Positions 1-9,984 of a DNA stretch of 64,000 nt are shown here, one piece after another (position 1 is the stretch's first letter; each line of letters opens with the position of its first letter). The position numbers and the translations under genes were made by a program. The notes beneath the pieces are model-generated. The model was not told the DNA's origin. It did not search any database and saw only the letters and a program-made list of their open reading frames with translations. The DNA comes from Candidatus Zipacnadum vermilionense (GTDB lineage: Bacteria; Armatimonadota; Zipacnadia; Zipacnadales; Zipacnadaceae). The stretch is taken from contig JALGSV010000016.1 of the NCBI GenBank assembly GCA_029821755.1, forward strand, positions 12,372 to 76,371, given 5' to 3'.

Positions 1-24
1 TCGCAACTCGTGATCCGCGTCTAG

Positions 25-987
25 CTAGCTCCAGTCCCACATATTGACCTCTTCGTTGCCCTCCGGCAAGGTTGCCATAACCTTGTCCCCCGCGGCCGAC
101 AGGGCCGCTACGTCCTCTGGGGCCAGCTCCCAGTCGGCGGCGCCGAGATTGTCCTTGACCTGCGCTTCGTTGCGCGCTCCGACGATTGCCGAGGTGAGGC
201 CCGGCTGCTGGACCATCCAGCGGATAGCGGTCTGCGCCGGGGTCTTGCCGTACTTAGCGCCGATCTGCCGGACCACCTCCACCTCGTCCAGCGCCACCCC
301 GTAAGTCGGTTCCTGGAAGAGCAGATTGGAACGGCGGTTATCGTCGCTGGGGGGCCGCCAGTCACGCGTGAACTTCCCCGTCAACAGCCCCTGGGCCATC
401 GGGCTGTAGGGCAGGATGCCAATGTTGTGCTCCCGGCAGAAGGGTACCCCGCGCTTCTCGATGTAGCGGAAGAACAGGCTGTAGGGCGGCTGCGAGGACA
501 CGATCGGCCCGTACTGGAGCGCTTCCCGTAGCTGCTCCACACTGAAGTTGGAGACACCGATATGTCGGATCTTCCCCTCTTGCTGTACCTTCGCCAGCGC
601 TTCCATCGTCTCGTTGAGGGGGATGTCGCTACTGGGCCAGTGAATCTGGTACAGGTCCACGTACTCGGTGTCCAGCCGCCGGAGCGATTTGTCCAGTGCT
701 GCCGGTACGCCCTCTGCGGTCAGATTGCCGGCCCACACCTTGGTGGCAACGATGACCTTGTCCCGCCCGCGCTCGGCCACTACCCGGCCGATGAGCTCCT
801 CCGAGTGCCCGCCGCCGTACGCTTCCGCTGTGTCCAACCAGTTGATCCCCCCGTCGAGCGCGGCATGAATGGCCCGCACCGACTCCGCGTCATCCACGTC
901 ATGCCAGTCGCTCTTGCCCATCAACCAGCACCCTAGCCCGATGACCGTGAGTTCGAGATCAGAATTGCCCAGTCGTCGTGTTTCCAT
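25..987 (-). CDS. aldo/keto reductase family oxidoreductase
   Basis: ORF 25..1119 carries AKR motifs (GLGCW..G, INWLDTAEAYGGG, IHWP). The 44-aa N-terminal extension is discarded; the internal ATG at 987 gives a typical ~320-aa AKR. Confidence 0.8.
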   Translation of the reverse strand: METRRLGNSDLELTVIGLGCWLMGKSDWHDVDDAESVRAIHAALDGGINWLDTAEAYGGGHSEELIGRVVAERGRDKVIVATKVWAGNLTAEGVPAALDKSLRRLDTEYVDLYQIHWPSSDIPLNETMEALAKVQQEGKIRHIGVSNFSVEQLREALQYGPIVSSQPPYSLFFRYIEKRGVPFCREHNIGILPYSPMAQGLLTGKFTRDWRPPSDDNRRSNLLFQEPTYGVALDEVEVVRQIGAKYGKTPAQTAIRWMVQQPGLTSAIVGARNEAQVKDNLGAADWELAPEDVAALSAAGDKVMATLPEGNEEVNMWDWS

Positions 988-1080
988 GAGAGACCCTCCC
1001 GGGGAAGTTGGAAGTTGCGAAAGAGCGGCTGCCTTCGCTCCGCTCCTCTCTTCGGTCAGGGGCGTCTGCGCCCAGAGAGG

Positions 1081-1110
1081 GGGCAGGGGGTGAGGCTCCC
1101 GCTCTTCAGC
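1081..1110. repeat. REP-like family 1 copy (GGGGCAGGGGGTGAGGCT core)
   Basis: GAGAGGGGGCAGGGGGTGAGGCTCCC, intergenic. Confidence 0.7.
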
Positions 1111-1666
1111 TTCGCTCAAAGTGTCCTGTCAATACCAGTTCCTTGTCCTTCACCTCTACCGTATCCACCACTAGTCCCTTTATCTTCTGCTGTTGCTCCC
1201 CTAGCATGTGCTTGACCCGGTCGGCCAGGGCGGCGACGGCGCCCCGCGGCAGGGGCACGCCCGCGGCTTTCGCCTCGCGCACCACCACCGAGATGGAGCC
1301 GCCCTCCGCGTAGGGCTCAAGGATCGCCCGCGTGGGTACCGCTAGGCCGGCGTGCTTGACGGTGCCCTGTACCACGATCTGCCCCGGCTGCAGCAACACT
1401 TTGGCGTCCTGGGCGCTCGTCCCCGCCGCCTGCCGCAGCATCTCAGTCAGTTGAGTTTCACTAAGCACCAGCTTCTCCGGCCCTTCCGGGACCGGCTTGT
1501 CGGTGGTCGCCCGCGGCTTGCTCGCGCCGGGTTTGTCGGCCACCTCGCGCGCATGCGGCAGCCTCCCCCACAACATCCCCAGCGCGGTGCCCAGTACAAT
1601 CGCGATTAGCAGAGCCACCAGGAAGCCCTTGGCCCCCCGTCCCGCCCGCCGTGTCAAGTGCCTCAT
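1106..1666 (-). CDS. hypothetical membrane-anchored protein
   Basis: 186-aa ORF with a basic N-terminus, one predicted TM helix (FLVALLIAIVLGTALGMLW) and a soluble domain. No family recognised. Confidence 0.5.
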   Translation of the reverse strand: MRHLTRRAGRGAKGFLVALLIAIVLGTALGMLWGRLPHAREVADKPGASKPRATTDKPVPEGPEKLVLSETQLTEMLRQAAGTSAQDAKVLLQPGQIVVQGTVKHAGLAVPTRAILEPYAEGGSISVVVREAKAAGVPLPRGAVAALADRVKHMLGEQQQKIKGLVVDTVEVKDKELVLTGHFERS

Positions 1667-1714
1667 GACGCCTCCTGGCCTTCCCGCCCTCCGCTCCCTG
1701 CTCGCGACTCGCCT

Positions 1715-2272
1715 CTACCCATTGTACCGGTTCATCGCTACTTCCAGCCCCTCCTGCAGGAAGCACTCCACCGCTTCCGCCGCACGCACCAGCACCTCCT
1801 CCACGGTCTTCCCCTCGCCCTTGCGGAAGGGGGATAGGACCCATTTCGCCGCGTCGGCGCCGGGCGGCTTCGGGCCGATGCCCACCCGCAGGCGGGGGAG
1901 GTCCTCGGTTCCCAGGCGCTGCACGATATTGCGCATGCCGTTGTGGGTGCCCGGGCTGCCCTCTCCCCGCAAACGCAGACGCCCCAGGTCCAGATCCAGG
2001 TCGTCGTAGATGACCAGGAGGCCTTGAGGCGTCAGGTCATGCCGCTTGAGCAGTCGTACGGCGGCACCGCCCGCTTCGTTCATGTAAGTGAGAGGTTGGG
2101 CCAGGATCACTGGCTGCCCGGCAATCCAGCCCTCCCCGGTCCGCGCATACAGCCGCGAACGCAGCCGCACCCCATGCCGGGCGGCCAGCAGGTTCGTAAC
2201 GCGGAACCCGGTATTGTGCCGCGTCGCCGCGTACTCCTTGCCCGGATTGCCCAGGCCCAGCAGGCAGTACAT
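1715..2272 (-). CDS. pth: peptidyl-tRNA hydrolase
   Basis: Has GLGNPG..Y..TRHN.GF and the VIYDDLDL..G..R.R..G. HNG Pth signature motifs. It lies in the conserved prs-rplY-pth neighbourhood. Confidence 0.92.
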   Translation of the reverse strand: MYCLLGLGNPGKEYAATRHNTGFRVTNLLAARHGVRLRSRLYARTGEGWIAGQPVILAQPLTYMNEAGGAAVRLLKRHDLTPQGLLVIYDDLDLDLGRLRLRGEGSPGTHNGMRNIVQRLGTEDLPRLRVGIGPKPPGADAAKWVLSPFRKGEGKTVEEVLVRAAEAVECFLQEGLEVAMNRYNG

Positions 2273-2383
2273 GGTGGGGAAGTCGCGAGTTGCTGGTCGC
2301 GAGTACGGGATTCCGGTCCTGCTGCTTCCCCTCTCCTGCTAGATACATCTCCTCTCGGAGAGGGGGACTGGGGGCGGGGTCTC

Positions 2384-3088
2384 CTACCCCTCCCCCTCCT
2401 CCTGCTCCTCCTCCGTGCTCTCGCCCTCGCCCTCGATTTCCTCGCCCTCGATTTCCTCGCCCTCGATTTCCTCGCCCTCGAGCAGAGCTTCCTCGTCACC
2501 CAGTTGCGCCTCCAGGTCCTCCTCCTTGATCGGCGGCACGATGCTGAGCACCGTCTCCTCCGGCGACGTGAGTACGGTAACGCCCTCCGGCACTTGCAGG
2601 TCCGCCGCCTGCTTACTGTCGCGAATCTCCATGCCGGTGATATCTAGCACGAGGCGGTCGGGAATGGCGGTGGGGAGACACTCGACCTCCACCTCGTACA
2701 TGGCCAGATCGACTACGCCACCGACTTGCACGCCGGGCGCGTCGCCTTCGAACACTACCGGCACCATGGCCCGCACCGTAGCTGTGAGCGACACCCACTG
2801 GAAGTCCACGTGCAGCGGCCGGTGCCCGACGGGATCCCGCTGGATCTGCCGGATCATCGCCGCTACCGACCCCGCGTGGGTCATGTCGGGGATATGCAGG
2901 TCCACGAGAACGTTGGTGCCGCCGTGGCGCAAGGCATCCTGCACGGCTCGCACCGGCACAGCTACCGACACGTTCTCGTAGCCCTGCCCGTACACAACGG
3001 CCGGGATGAGGCCCTGCGTCCGCAGGCGCCGCGCCGGCCCGTTGCCCTTCTCCGCTCGCCGCTGTGCTTCAATGACGATCTGTTCCAT
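2384..3088 (-). CDS. rplY: 50S ribosomal protein L25 / general stress protein Ctc
   Basis: L25/Ctc fold motifs (RR.G.IPAVVYG, VDFQ). It has an unusually long acidic (EGEEI)n C-terminal tail and sits between prs and pth. Confidence 0.85.
   Translation of the reverse strand: MEQIVIEAQRRAEKGNGPARRLRTQGLIPAVVYGQGYENVSVAVPVRAVQDALRHGGTNVLVDLHIPDMTHAGSVAAMIRQIQRDPVGHRPLHVDFQWVSLTATVRAMVPVVFEGDAPGVQVGGVVDLAMYEVEVECLPTAIPDRLVLDITGMEIRDSKQAADLQVPEGVTVLTSPEETVLSIVPPIKEEDLEAQLGDEEALLEGEEIEGEEIEGEEIEGEGESTEEEQEEGEG
2426..2482. repeat. 15-bp in-frame tandem repeat (x3.5) encoding (EGEEI)n in rplY
   Basis: The CCTCGCCCTCGATTT unit is repeated. Confidence 0.8.
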
Positions 3089-3235
3089 CTATCTCTACCT
3101 CCTGGGTAGTTACCGTGGTGTAAGGCGGGACACTACGTCCCCGACTGACTCTCGCTCCCTGTTTCTCTTGCTTACGCGCGCTAGCGTGGGCGGAGCGGCC
3201 GCTACGGGCAGCGCACGGCCGGGGAGGCCTGCCAC

Positions 3236-3277
3236 TCCCCCTCTCCCGTGAGGGAGGGGGGCAGGGGGTGAGGCTTC
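3236..3277. repeat. REP-like family 1 copy
   Basis: CCCTCTCCCGTGAGGGAGGGGGGCAGGGGGTGAGGCTTCC: hairpin plus conserved tail. Confidence 0.7.
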
Positions 3278-4258
3278 CTATCCCGTCTTGTCGCATTTCT
3301 TGCGGTTCGCCAACAGCACCGACACCGACTCATCGCGGTGGATGTGGTCAATGGCTGCCGCCAACAGCGGAGCCACACTGAATACGTACATCTTGTCCAG
3401 TCGCTTGTCCTCGGGCATGGGGATGCTGTCGCTGACCACCACCGACTTGATCTCGTCGCACCCGCCCAGGCGGGCCACCGCCGGACCGGACAACACCGCG
3501 TGCGTCGCCGCTACGTGCACTTCCTTCGCGCCGCGCTCGAGCAGGCCGCGTGCCCCCTCCACCATCGTCCCGGCGGTGTCGATCATGTCGTCGAACATGA
3601 TCGACACGCGGTCCTCCAGGTCGCCGATGATCTCCACCACCTGCGCCACATTCGGTCCGGGCCGCCGCTTGGCCACGATGGCCAGCGAGGCATCCAGATC
3701 ATCCGCCAGGTTCATGGCCTCGTTCACGGCGTTGACGTCCGGCGAGACCACCACGATGTCCTCCTCGCCCAGCCCCTGCCCCAGGAAGCACTCCGCCACT
3801 ATCTTGCGGGCGAAGAGGTGGTCCACCGGAATATCGAAGAACCCCTGAATCTGGTCGGTGTGCATGTCCAGCGCCAGTACCCGGTCGGCTCCGGCGATGG
3901 TGATCAGGTTCGCCACCAGCTTCGCGCTCAAGGGCTCACGGCCGCGCGCCTTCTTATCCTGCCGCGCGTAGCCGAAGTAGGGCATGACCGCGGTGATTCG
4001 CCGAGCCGAGGCGCGCCGGCAAGCATCGATCATGATCAGGAGTTCCATCAGGTTGTCGTTGCAGGGCGCACAGGTGGACTGCAGCAGGAAAACGTCAGTG
4101 CCGCGCACGTTGTCGTTGATCTTGACGGCTACTTCCCCGTCGGAGAAGCACCCCACCTCGCAGTCACCCAACGGCACACCCAGGGCTTGCGAGATGCGCT
4201 GGGACAGGCCCGGGTTGGAGTTGCCCGCGAACACCTGTAGGTCGCCGTATTTTTCCAT
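3278..4258 (-). CDS. prs: ribose-phosphate pyrophosphokinase
   Basis: PRPP synthetase motifs (FSDGE, DMHT.QIQGFF, PRPP-binding loop DDMIDTAGT). The start is taken at the internal ATG (MEKYGD...), dropping a 38-aa extension. Confidence 0.92.
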   Translation of the reverse strand: MEKYGDLQVFAGNSNPGLSQRISQALGVPLGDCEVGCFSDGEVAVKINDNVRGTDVFLLQSTCAPCNDNLMELLIMIDACRRASARRITAVMPYFGYARQDKKARGREPLSAKLVANLITIAGADRVLALDMHTDQIQGFFDIPVDHLFARKIVAECFLGQGLGEEDIVVVSPDVNAVNEAMNLADDLDASLAIVAKRRPGPNVAQVVEIIGDLEDRVSIMFDDMIDTAGTMVEGARGLLERGAKEVHVAATHAVLSGPAVARLGGCDEIKSVVVSDSIPMPEDKRLDKMYVFSVAPLLAAAIDHIHRDESVSVLLANRKKCDKTG

Positions 4259-4397
4259 ATCAGGATGCCCCTCCGGCCGACCGTCCTGGCCCGGACCGCG
4301 CGGCCCCGGGTCCAGTAGGCGTCTGCCCAGGAAAATACTCGCCACCGAGCCCGTGGGGTCCGGTGGCGTCAACTGGTTGCTGACGAAGCAAGACTAT

Positions 4398-4471
4398 GGC
4401 TGGGGCGGAAGGATTCGAACCTTCGAATACGGGATCCAAAGTCCCGCGCCTTACCACTTGGCGACGCCCCA
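4398..4471 (-). tRNA. tRNA-Gln (anticodon TTG)
   Basis: Reverse complement reads TGGGGCGTCGCCAAGTGGTAAGGCGCGGGACTTTGGATCCCGT...GGTTCGAATCCTTCCGCCCCAGCCA. The cloverleaf has anticodon loop cTTTGGa and a CCA end. Confidence 0.85.
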
Positions 4472-4577
4472 GAAGAACTACAAAGGATAAACGATGATTG
4501 GTAAACGATAAGGGAAACCGTTCCGGACGCTTACGGCCAAATCCCGGCGCTTTCGGCCTGCCCTTAGCGTCTATCGA

Positions 4578-5351
4578 TTACCGTTGGTCACTTCCCCCGA
4601 GCGCCGCCTCCGCCACTGCTACATGCGCCAGCTTATCTATGTCGAAGCAGACCTCAGGGTACTCCGAATCCACCACCATCAAGGGCATGCCCAGCTTCCC
4701 CTGCGCCTTGTCGACGATTTGCGGCAGGGATAGCCGTTTCCACAGCAGACCCCAGATGAGACTGAACCCCAGCAGAGAAGCCAGCTTCAGGGGGCTCTTG
4801 CGTCCCGCAAAAGCCGCGTTTACCCAGGGTCCTCCTTCCTGGAGGAACCTCCGGCTGATGCAGAAGATATTCCCGCCGCTGCAGGGTCCGTCCCGCAGGG
4901 GAATCAGCGTCCGCTTCTCGCCTGTAGAGTTCGGCTGGAGCCGGTCGCCACGCACAATACTGTAGCAGAATTCGGCTCTGCTGTCGAGGGCGCGCCGGGT
5001 GAAGTCGTCCACCGCCGCCGGGGTCAGCAGCGGCAAGTCGCTGGTGCACAACACCACCCGCTCGGCCTGGGGGAAGGCGGCAAAGCCCGCCAGCACCGTG
5101 TCGAGCATGCTGCCCCCGGTCGGCTTGGCCACCGCTACGCCCTCCGGGACTGCTCGCGCTATCTCCTCCTGCTCCGTCGCCACCACGACGGGCCCCACCA
5201 ACTCCGCCTTCTGCAGCGCCTCCACCACCCAGCGCACTGCCGGCTTACCCGCCACCGGGGTAAGCGCCTTGTGGGGCAAGCCCAACGCGCGGGCCACCTC
5301 CTCGGGCTTGCGCCCTCCGGCCAGCACCACCGCCGGTACGGTCTCAGCCAT
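4578..5351 (-). CDS. nucleotidyltransferase family protein (MobA-like NTP transferase domain)
   Basis: N-terminal VVLAGGRKPE...ALTPVAGKP glycine-rich nucleotidyltransferase signature. It overlaps the ispE start by 8 nt. Confidence 0.6.
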   Translation of the reverse strand: MAETVPAVVLAGGRKPEEVARALGLPHKALTPVAGKPAVRWVVEALQKAELVGPVVVATEQEEIARAVPEGVAVAKPTGGSMLDTVLAGFAAFPQAERVVLCTSDLPLLTPAAVDDFTRRALDSRAEFCYSIVRGDRLQPNSTGEKRTLIPLRDGPCSGGNIFCISRRFLQEGGPWVNAAFAGRKSPLKLASLLGFSLIWGLLWKRLSLPQIVDKAQGKLGMPLMVVDSEYPEVCFDIDKLAHVAVAEAALGGSDQR

Positions 5352-6279
5352 CTTGCGACTCCTCTCGTCGCGTGCACACCGCGGCGTCGCTCCCGTCGGA
5401 GTTGGCGCACGACAACTCCTGCGCGCAGGGCACCGACCTCAGAGCATGCGCCTCATAGCCCTCCGCCCGGATGGCCTGCGCGAGCGCCTCCGCCTGGTCG
5501 GTCAGGGCGAAGACCCCCGATCCGCTGCCGGTCATGCGCGCCGGTACCCCGGCCAGCTCGCTCAGGCGCTCGTGCAGCGTTCGCACCTCCGGCCACTGCG
5601 CGAATACCGCCCGCTCGAAGCAGTTGACCAGTCCTTCTGCCCGGGGTTTCTCCCCGCGCTGGAGTGCCTCCCATAATTGGGCGCTGGCCTCCCCCTGACT
5701 GAAATCCTCGGCTTGCAGCAGGCCGTAGGCCACCTCCGTAGGCACCGAGACCTCCGGCCAGGCCAGTACCAGGCTGAATCCCGGCTCGGGCCCGGGCAGG
5801 CACTGCACCGTCTCGCCGCGGCCCGAGATCAGCATCGTCCCGCCCTTGAGAAACAAAGGCACGTCACTGCCCAGTTCGGCGGCAATGCTATTGAGCGTCT
5901 CGCGGTCGATCTGCCAGTTATGGAGGCATCCCAACGCCCGGAGGGTCGCTGCGGCGTCCGAGGAGCCTCCGCCTAGGCCCCGCCCCGAGGGGATGACCTT
6001 ACGCAGGGCCAGTTCCAGGTCTCGCGAGACTCCCAGCCGCGAGGCAACCTGCCGAATCGCCGCCATCACCAGGTTGTCGTCACCGCCGGGGACGGGATAA
6101 CCGCTCACCCGCAGCATCGTTCCCGGCGTGTTCGGCTGCACTGTGATCTCATCAGCCAGGCTCACCGTCTGCACCACGCTGCGCAGCTCATGGTAGCGGT
6201 CCGGCCGCTTATGCAGGACCTCTAAGGTCAAGTTTACCTTGGCATAGGCCCGGATGTGGACCTGTCGGGGGCTAGTCAT
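5344..6279 (-). CDS. ispE: 4-diphosphocytidyl-2-C-methyl-D-erythritol kinase
   Basis: GHMP kinase motifs (KVNL.L.V, PSGRGLGGGSSDAAA) in the conserved rsmA-ispE arrangement. It has a C-terminal extension of about 30 aa. Confidence 0.9.
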   Translation of the reverse strand: MTSPRQVHIRAYAKVNLTLEVLHKRPDRYHELRSVVQTVSLADEITVQPNTPGTMLRVSGYPVPGGDDNLVMAAIRQVASRLGVSRDLELALRKVIPSGRGLGGGSSDAAATLRALGCLHNWQIDRETLNSIAAELGSDVPLFLKGGTMLISGRGETVQCLPGPEPGFSLVLAWPEVSVPTEVAYGLLQAEDFSQGEASAQLWEALQRGEKPRAEGLVNCFERAVFAQWPEVRTLHERLSELAGVPARMTGSGSGVFALTDQAEALAQAIRAEGYEAHALRSVPCAQELSCANSDGSDAAVCTRREESQDG

Positions 6280-7172
6280 CGGCGTTCGTTACATGCTTCA
6301 TATAGAGCGTTGGCTAGTCCTATCAGTTCAGCAAGTGTGAGGGTTTCCCCGCGCCGGCTGCCGTCCAGTCGAGTTGTCCGCAGCACCGCGGCCACCGTCT
6401 CTGGCTCCAGGAGCAGATTCACTCGTAGGGAATTGCTCAAATTCTTGCGCCGCGTGCCGAAGGCGCCGCGGATGGCGGCCTGCATCGCCCCATAGGCACA
6501 CAGCTCCCCCGGCAGGTCTCGCCGGCGCATGCGCAGCACCGTCGACTCCACCTTCGGCGCCGGGAAGAAGCTGTCCGGGCCCAGCTTCGCCACCACTTGT
6601 CGTTCTTCGGTGTGCAGCGCCGCCAGCACGCTTAACGGCCCCCAAGCCTTGGTTCCCGGGGTGGCCTGCAGCCGCCCGGCGACCTCTCGCTGCACCATGG
6701 CCACAATCAACCCACACGGCGACTCCGGCGCCCACAGCTTCTGCAGGATCGCTCCGGCGCTCTGGTAGGGAAGGTTGCCGACGGCGCTACTCTCCCCGAA
6801 CTCCTCCCACTCCAGCTTTAGGAAATCTCCCTCCACCACCCGCACGTTCTGCAGATCTCCCACCAGCCACGCCAGGGCTGCGGCTGCGTCCCGGTCAATC
6901 TCCACCACGGTTAGCGGCAACCCGGTCTCAGCCAAGGGTGCCGTAAGCGCCGCCAGACCTCCCCCGATCTCCACCATGGGCAGGCCGGGCTCGGCGGCCG
7001 TCCGGGCAATCAGCCGGGCGGCGCCCTCGTTGATTAGGAAGCTTTGTCCCAGCGACTTGCGCGGTTGCAAGTCAAACCGCCGCAGCAGGTACTCGGTCCG
7101 CGCCCGCAGCGGCAGCGCCCTCACCTGGGCAGAACTCTCGGGCCACTCGCTCATAGGCTGCACGCAAACCAA
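6276..7172 (-). CDS. rsmA: 16S rRNA (adenine1518/1519-N6)-dimethyltransferase
   Basis: Has the LGQSFL...VEIGGG...GNLPY motifs of KsgA/RsmA. Confidence 0.9.
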   Translation of the reverse strand: MVCVQPMSEWPESSAQVRALPLRARTEYLLRRFDLQPRKSLGQSFLINEGAARLIARTAAEPGLPMVEIGGGLAALTAPLAETGLPLTVVEIDRDAAAALAWLVGDLQNVRVVEGDFLKLEWEEFGESSAVGNLPYQSAGAILQKLWAPESPCGLIVAMVQREVAGRLQATPGTKAWGPLSVLAALHTEERQVVAKLGPDSFFPAPKVESTVLRMRRRDLPGELCAYGAMQAAIRGAFGTRRKNLSNSLRVNLLLEPETVAAVLRTTRLDGSRRGETLTLAELIGLANALYEACNERR

Positions 7173-7185
7173 CCGCGCTTCCCCC

Positions 7186-7641
7186 CTACCCCTCCGCCTT
7201 CTCTATCTCCTGCTCCGGCACCGCGTTGCCGTAGATGACCGCCATTAGCCCGCCCAGGTAGCGGTCCATGGTCAGGACGTTGCTGTACACCAGGGACTTG
7301 AGCATCGCCGGGGTGAGCATGTACTCCTCGCTCTCCACGTCGATGGAGGTCTTGAACCGCACCTCGCCGTCAGAGAAGTCCATCTCGAAGTTGCCCAGGG
7401 GCAGGCCGTAGTTGGCGCGGACCAGGTACTCGGCCACCATCAGGCGCTTTTCCTCGGGCACGTTGACGGCGGCGATGGAGTAGAACAAGAAGATGCCGCG
7501 GTCCTCGCGGGGGCGGGCGATGCAGGTCCAGTTGCCGTTGCGCCCGGCGAACCCCATCCGCAGCACCCCCTCCTCCAGGTCCGAGAACTTCCAGTCGTCG
7601 CTGACGAAGAACTCTCTTGCTTTGTCGGCAAGTTCACCCAT
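7186..7641 (-). CDS. YbjN-domain protein (putative sensory-transduction/chaperone-like)
   Basis: 151 aa with YbjN-family features (acidic profile, FEMDFSDGEVRF). Family assignment rests on overall similarity from memory. Confidence 0.5.
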   Translation of the reverse strand: MGELADKAREFFVSDDWKFSDLEEGVLRMGFAGRNGNWTCIARPREDRGIFLFYSIAAVNVPEEKRLMVAEYLVRANYGLPLGNFEMDFSDGEVRFKTSIDVESEEYMLTPAMLKSLVYSNVLTMDRYLGGLMAVIYGNAVPEQEIEKAEG

Positions 7642-7753
7642 CGCCGTGCCTCCCTGAACGGCCGTGGCTTGTGGTCCGTGGACTGTGGGTCACGCCGTCC
7701 CTCCTACCCGCGACGTTCGACGTCCCCTCCCCGCGATCCACCCCCACTCTCCC

Positions 7754-8812
7754 CTAGTACTGACTCGCCACGTTGCCGAACATCGTGGGCAGGTCCCAGT
7801 CTTCGCCGCCCTGGGCTATCCAGTGCGCGGCAGCCTGGATCATCTCCTCCGCCCCATCCCGGTACGGCCCGAAGCGCTCGACGCAGAAGCCGTCGTTCCC
7901 CAGGCGCGCTTCCTCGGCCTCGTCCTCCACGAGGTTGGGCGTCTTGCCCAGGTGGCAGGCCAGCTTCTCCACCAGCTCCCGCACCCGCACCGCCGGCCCG
8001 TTGACATTGAAGGGTTGCGGCGGATTGTCCGCGACCAACAGCGCCCGAATCGCCCGGTCGTTGGCATCGCGCTGCGAGATCAGGTTCACGTAGGGTATAG
8101 CCAGCGAAATTGGCTCGCCCTTGACGATCATCTTGGCCAGGTCCACGAGCACGCCGTAAGCCAGGTGCTGGGCGTACATCAGCCGGTACAGGGCTACTTT
8201 CTGGTGTCGGTAGCCGGCGGCGGTGGCGCGGAAGGCCGTCTCCCGGCCGATAATGCTCCAGCCATACAGGCCGTGCGGGACCAGCAGGGCATCCTCGCTC
8301 GAGCCGCCCGTCTCGGCCCGGACGAACTCGTAGGGGTTGCCCGAGGAGAACACGACGATGCGCGACTCGGGGAAGGCCATGCCCACCTGGGCCGGCAGGA
8401 CGCAGTTCATTTGGATGGCCCGCCCCGGATCGGCGGCTGACCCGAACTTGAAGCCTACCATGTAGATCACATTGGCCATCTTGGGGATGCTCCCCAGGAA
8501 GGCCGGATCGGTCAGGTCGCCATCCATCACGCCGACGCCCAACTCCTGGAAGCGGTCGCTGACCTCTTGCCCGCGGGGCGGGGGGAAGAGCGAGGCCACG
8601 GTCACGCGCGGTGTGTTACCCGCCTCCCGGTCGGCACGCACGATGGTCTCCACCAGCTCCGGCCCCATCTTGCCCGATCCGCCCAGGACCAGGATCTCGC
8701 CCTCCAACGTACTCATCATCTCGACGAGGCCCGGCGTGGGCTCGGTCATGAAATCGTTGAGTTCCTGCATGCTGCTAAGGTCAGCCAGTTGCATCTTGAT
8801 TCTCCTTACCAT
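7754..8812 (-). CDS. NAD-dependent epimerase/dehydratase family protein
   Basis: Rossmann motif VLGGSGKMG and SDR-extended-like architecture, adjacent to a glycosyltransferase. Confidence 0.7.
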   Translation of the reverse strand: MVRRIKMQLADLSSMQELNDFMTEPTPGLVEMMSTLEGEILVLGGSGKMGPELVETIVRADREAGNTPRVTVASLFPPPRGQEVSDRFQELGVGVMDGDLTDPAFLGSIPKMANVIYMVGFKFGSAADPGRAIQMNCVLPAQVGMAFPESRIVVFSSGNPYEFVRAETGGSSEDALLVPHGLYGWSIIGRETAFRATAAGYRHQKVALYRLMYAQHLAYGVLVDLAKMIVKGEPISLAIPYVNLISQRDANDRAIRALLVADNPPQPFNVNGPAVRVRELVEKLACHLGKTPNLVEDEAEEARLGNDGFCVERFGPYRDGAEEMIQAAAHWIAQGGEDWDLPTMFGNVASQY

Positions 8813-9953
8813 TAACGCCCGTGCCTACCATTCTCCCGTGGGGGAGAGGGGGACAGGCGCCTTCGTTCAGCAGTTCTTCATACACTCCCCAAAGCCTCTC
8901 CGCATACCGCTCCGGACTATATTCCTCCACGGCCCGTCGTCGTCCGGCCTTGCTCAGCGCCCGTGCCCGTTCGGGGTTGTTCGCCAGGTCCAGGATCGCC
9001 TCGGCGAGAGCCCGCGGTTGGGCGGGAGGTACCAGGACCCCGGCCTCGCCGTGCGCCAGCAGCTCCGGTGGCCCTCCTTGCGTGGTGGCCACGCAGGGCA
9101 CGGCCATAGCCAGCGCCTCATGGAGAGCCAGCCCGTGCGATTCCATCAGCGAGGGCTGCACATACACGTCAAACAGCGACATCCACCGCGGGATATCCTG
9201 TTGCGGCCCCGCCCAGATCACCTGTTTGGCGACGCCCAGCTTCCCGGCCAGCCTCTCCAGCGCCGGCCGCTCGCCCCCCTCTCCCACCAGCACCAGGCGG
9301 GCCTGAGGTAGACGCGGCCTCAGCAGCGCCAGCGCCTCGATCAGGTAGCGGTATCCCTTCACCTTCGCCAGCCGCGCTACCGACCCCAGCACGAACTGCT
9401 CCGGCCCCAGCCCCAGTTGCGTGGCCCATTCCCGGTCCCTGGGGCGGGGCTGAAAGCGCGCGGTGTCTACGGTGTGGGGAAGCAAGCACAGCTTCTCCTC
9501 CGGGTACCTGCAGCGCTGTGCGTAGAGCTGCCGCATGTACTCGTTGAGCACCAGCACGCGGTCCACCAGCGGCGCTACCTGCCGGCAGAGGCGCGCGCGT
9601 CGCCAGCCTACCCGCAGATCGTGGAAGGAGACCAGCACTCGCGGCACCCCGCTGCGGCGGGCGGCCTGGGCGCCGAGGAGGTGGGCGAAGTGGCACTGGG
9701 CATGCAACACGAGGGGACGGTCCGCCGCCAGTTCCGTGGCCAGCCGACTCACCAGTGTGCCATGGGCCATCTTCCGCGAGAGCCCCAAGCATCGCGTTGG
9801 CACCGGTTGGGTCGGAGACTCCTCCTGCCCGTCCGTCAGCCCCCAGATCTCACTGCTCAGCCCATGCTGTGTCAGGACCGGCGCCATCTGCCGGATCGCC
9901 GAGGCGACCCCGCCAGTGGCCAGACTAGTGGTAAGAAAGACGACCTCGGGCAT
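8781..9953 (-). CDS. glycosyltransferase family 4 (GT1/GT4 fold)
   Basis: Two-domain GT-B with a C-terminal glycos_transf_1 signature (E..G...LEA.A.G.P.V). It overlaps the preceding gene by 32 nt. Confidence 0.8.
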   Translation of the reverse strand: MPEVVFLTTSLATGGVASAIRQMAPVLTQHGLSSEIWGLTDGQEESPTQPVPTRCLGLSRKMAHGTLVSRLATELAADRPLVLHAQCHFAHLLGAQAARRSGVPRVLVSFHDLRVGWRRARLCRQVAPLVDRVLVLNEYMRQLYAQRCRYPEEKLCLLPHTVDTARFQPRPRDREWATQLGLGPEQFVLGSVARLAKVKGYRYLIEALALLRPRLPQARLVLVGEGGERPALERLAGKLGVAKQVIWAGPQQDIPRWMSLFDVYVQPSLMESHGLALHEALAMAVPCVATTQGGPPELLAHGEAGVLVPPAQPRALAEAILDLANNPERARALSKAGRRRAVEEYSPERYAERLWGVYEELLNEGACPPLPHGRMVGTGVNGKENQDATG

Positions 9954-9984
9954 GGGCAGCGCGGGAGCAGCACCGGGTCGGCGG

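Noticed and set aside
3338-4240. 300-aa plus-strand ORF
   Set aside because: Antisense to prs.
7664-8440. 258-aa plus-strand ORF (and 7669..8004, 7773..8093)
   Set aside because: It lies entirely antisense to the well-supported NAD-epimerase gene and is Arg/Pro/Ala-rich, typical of spurious high-GC ORFs.
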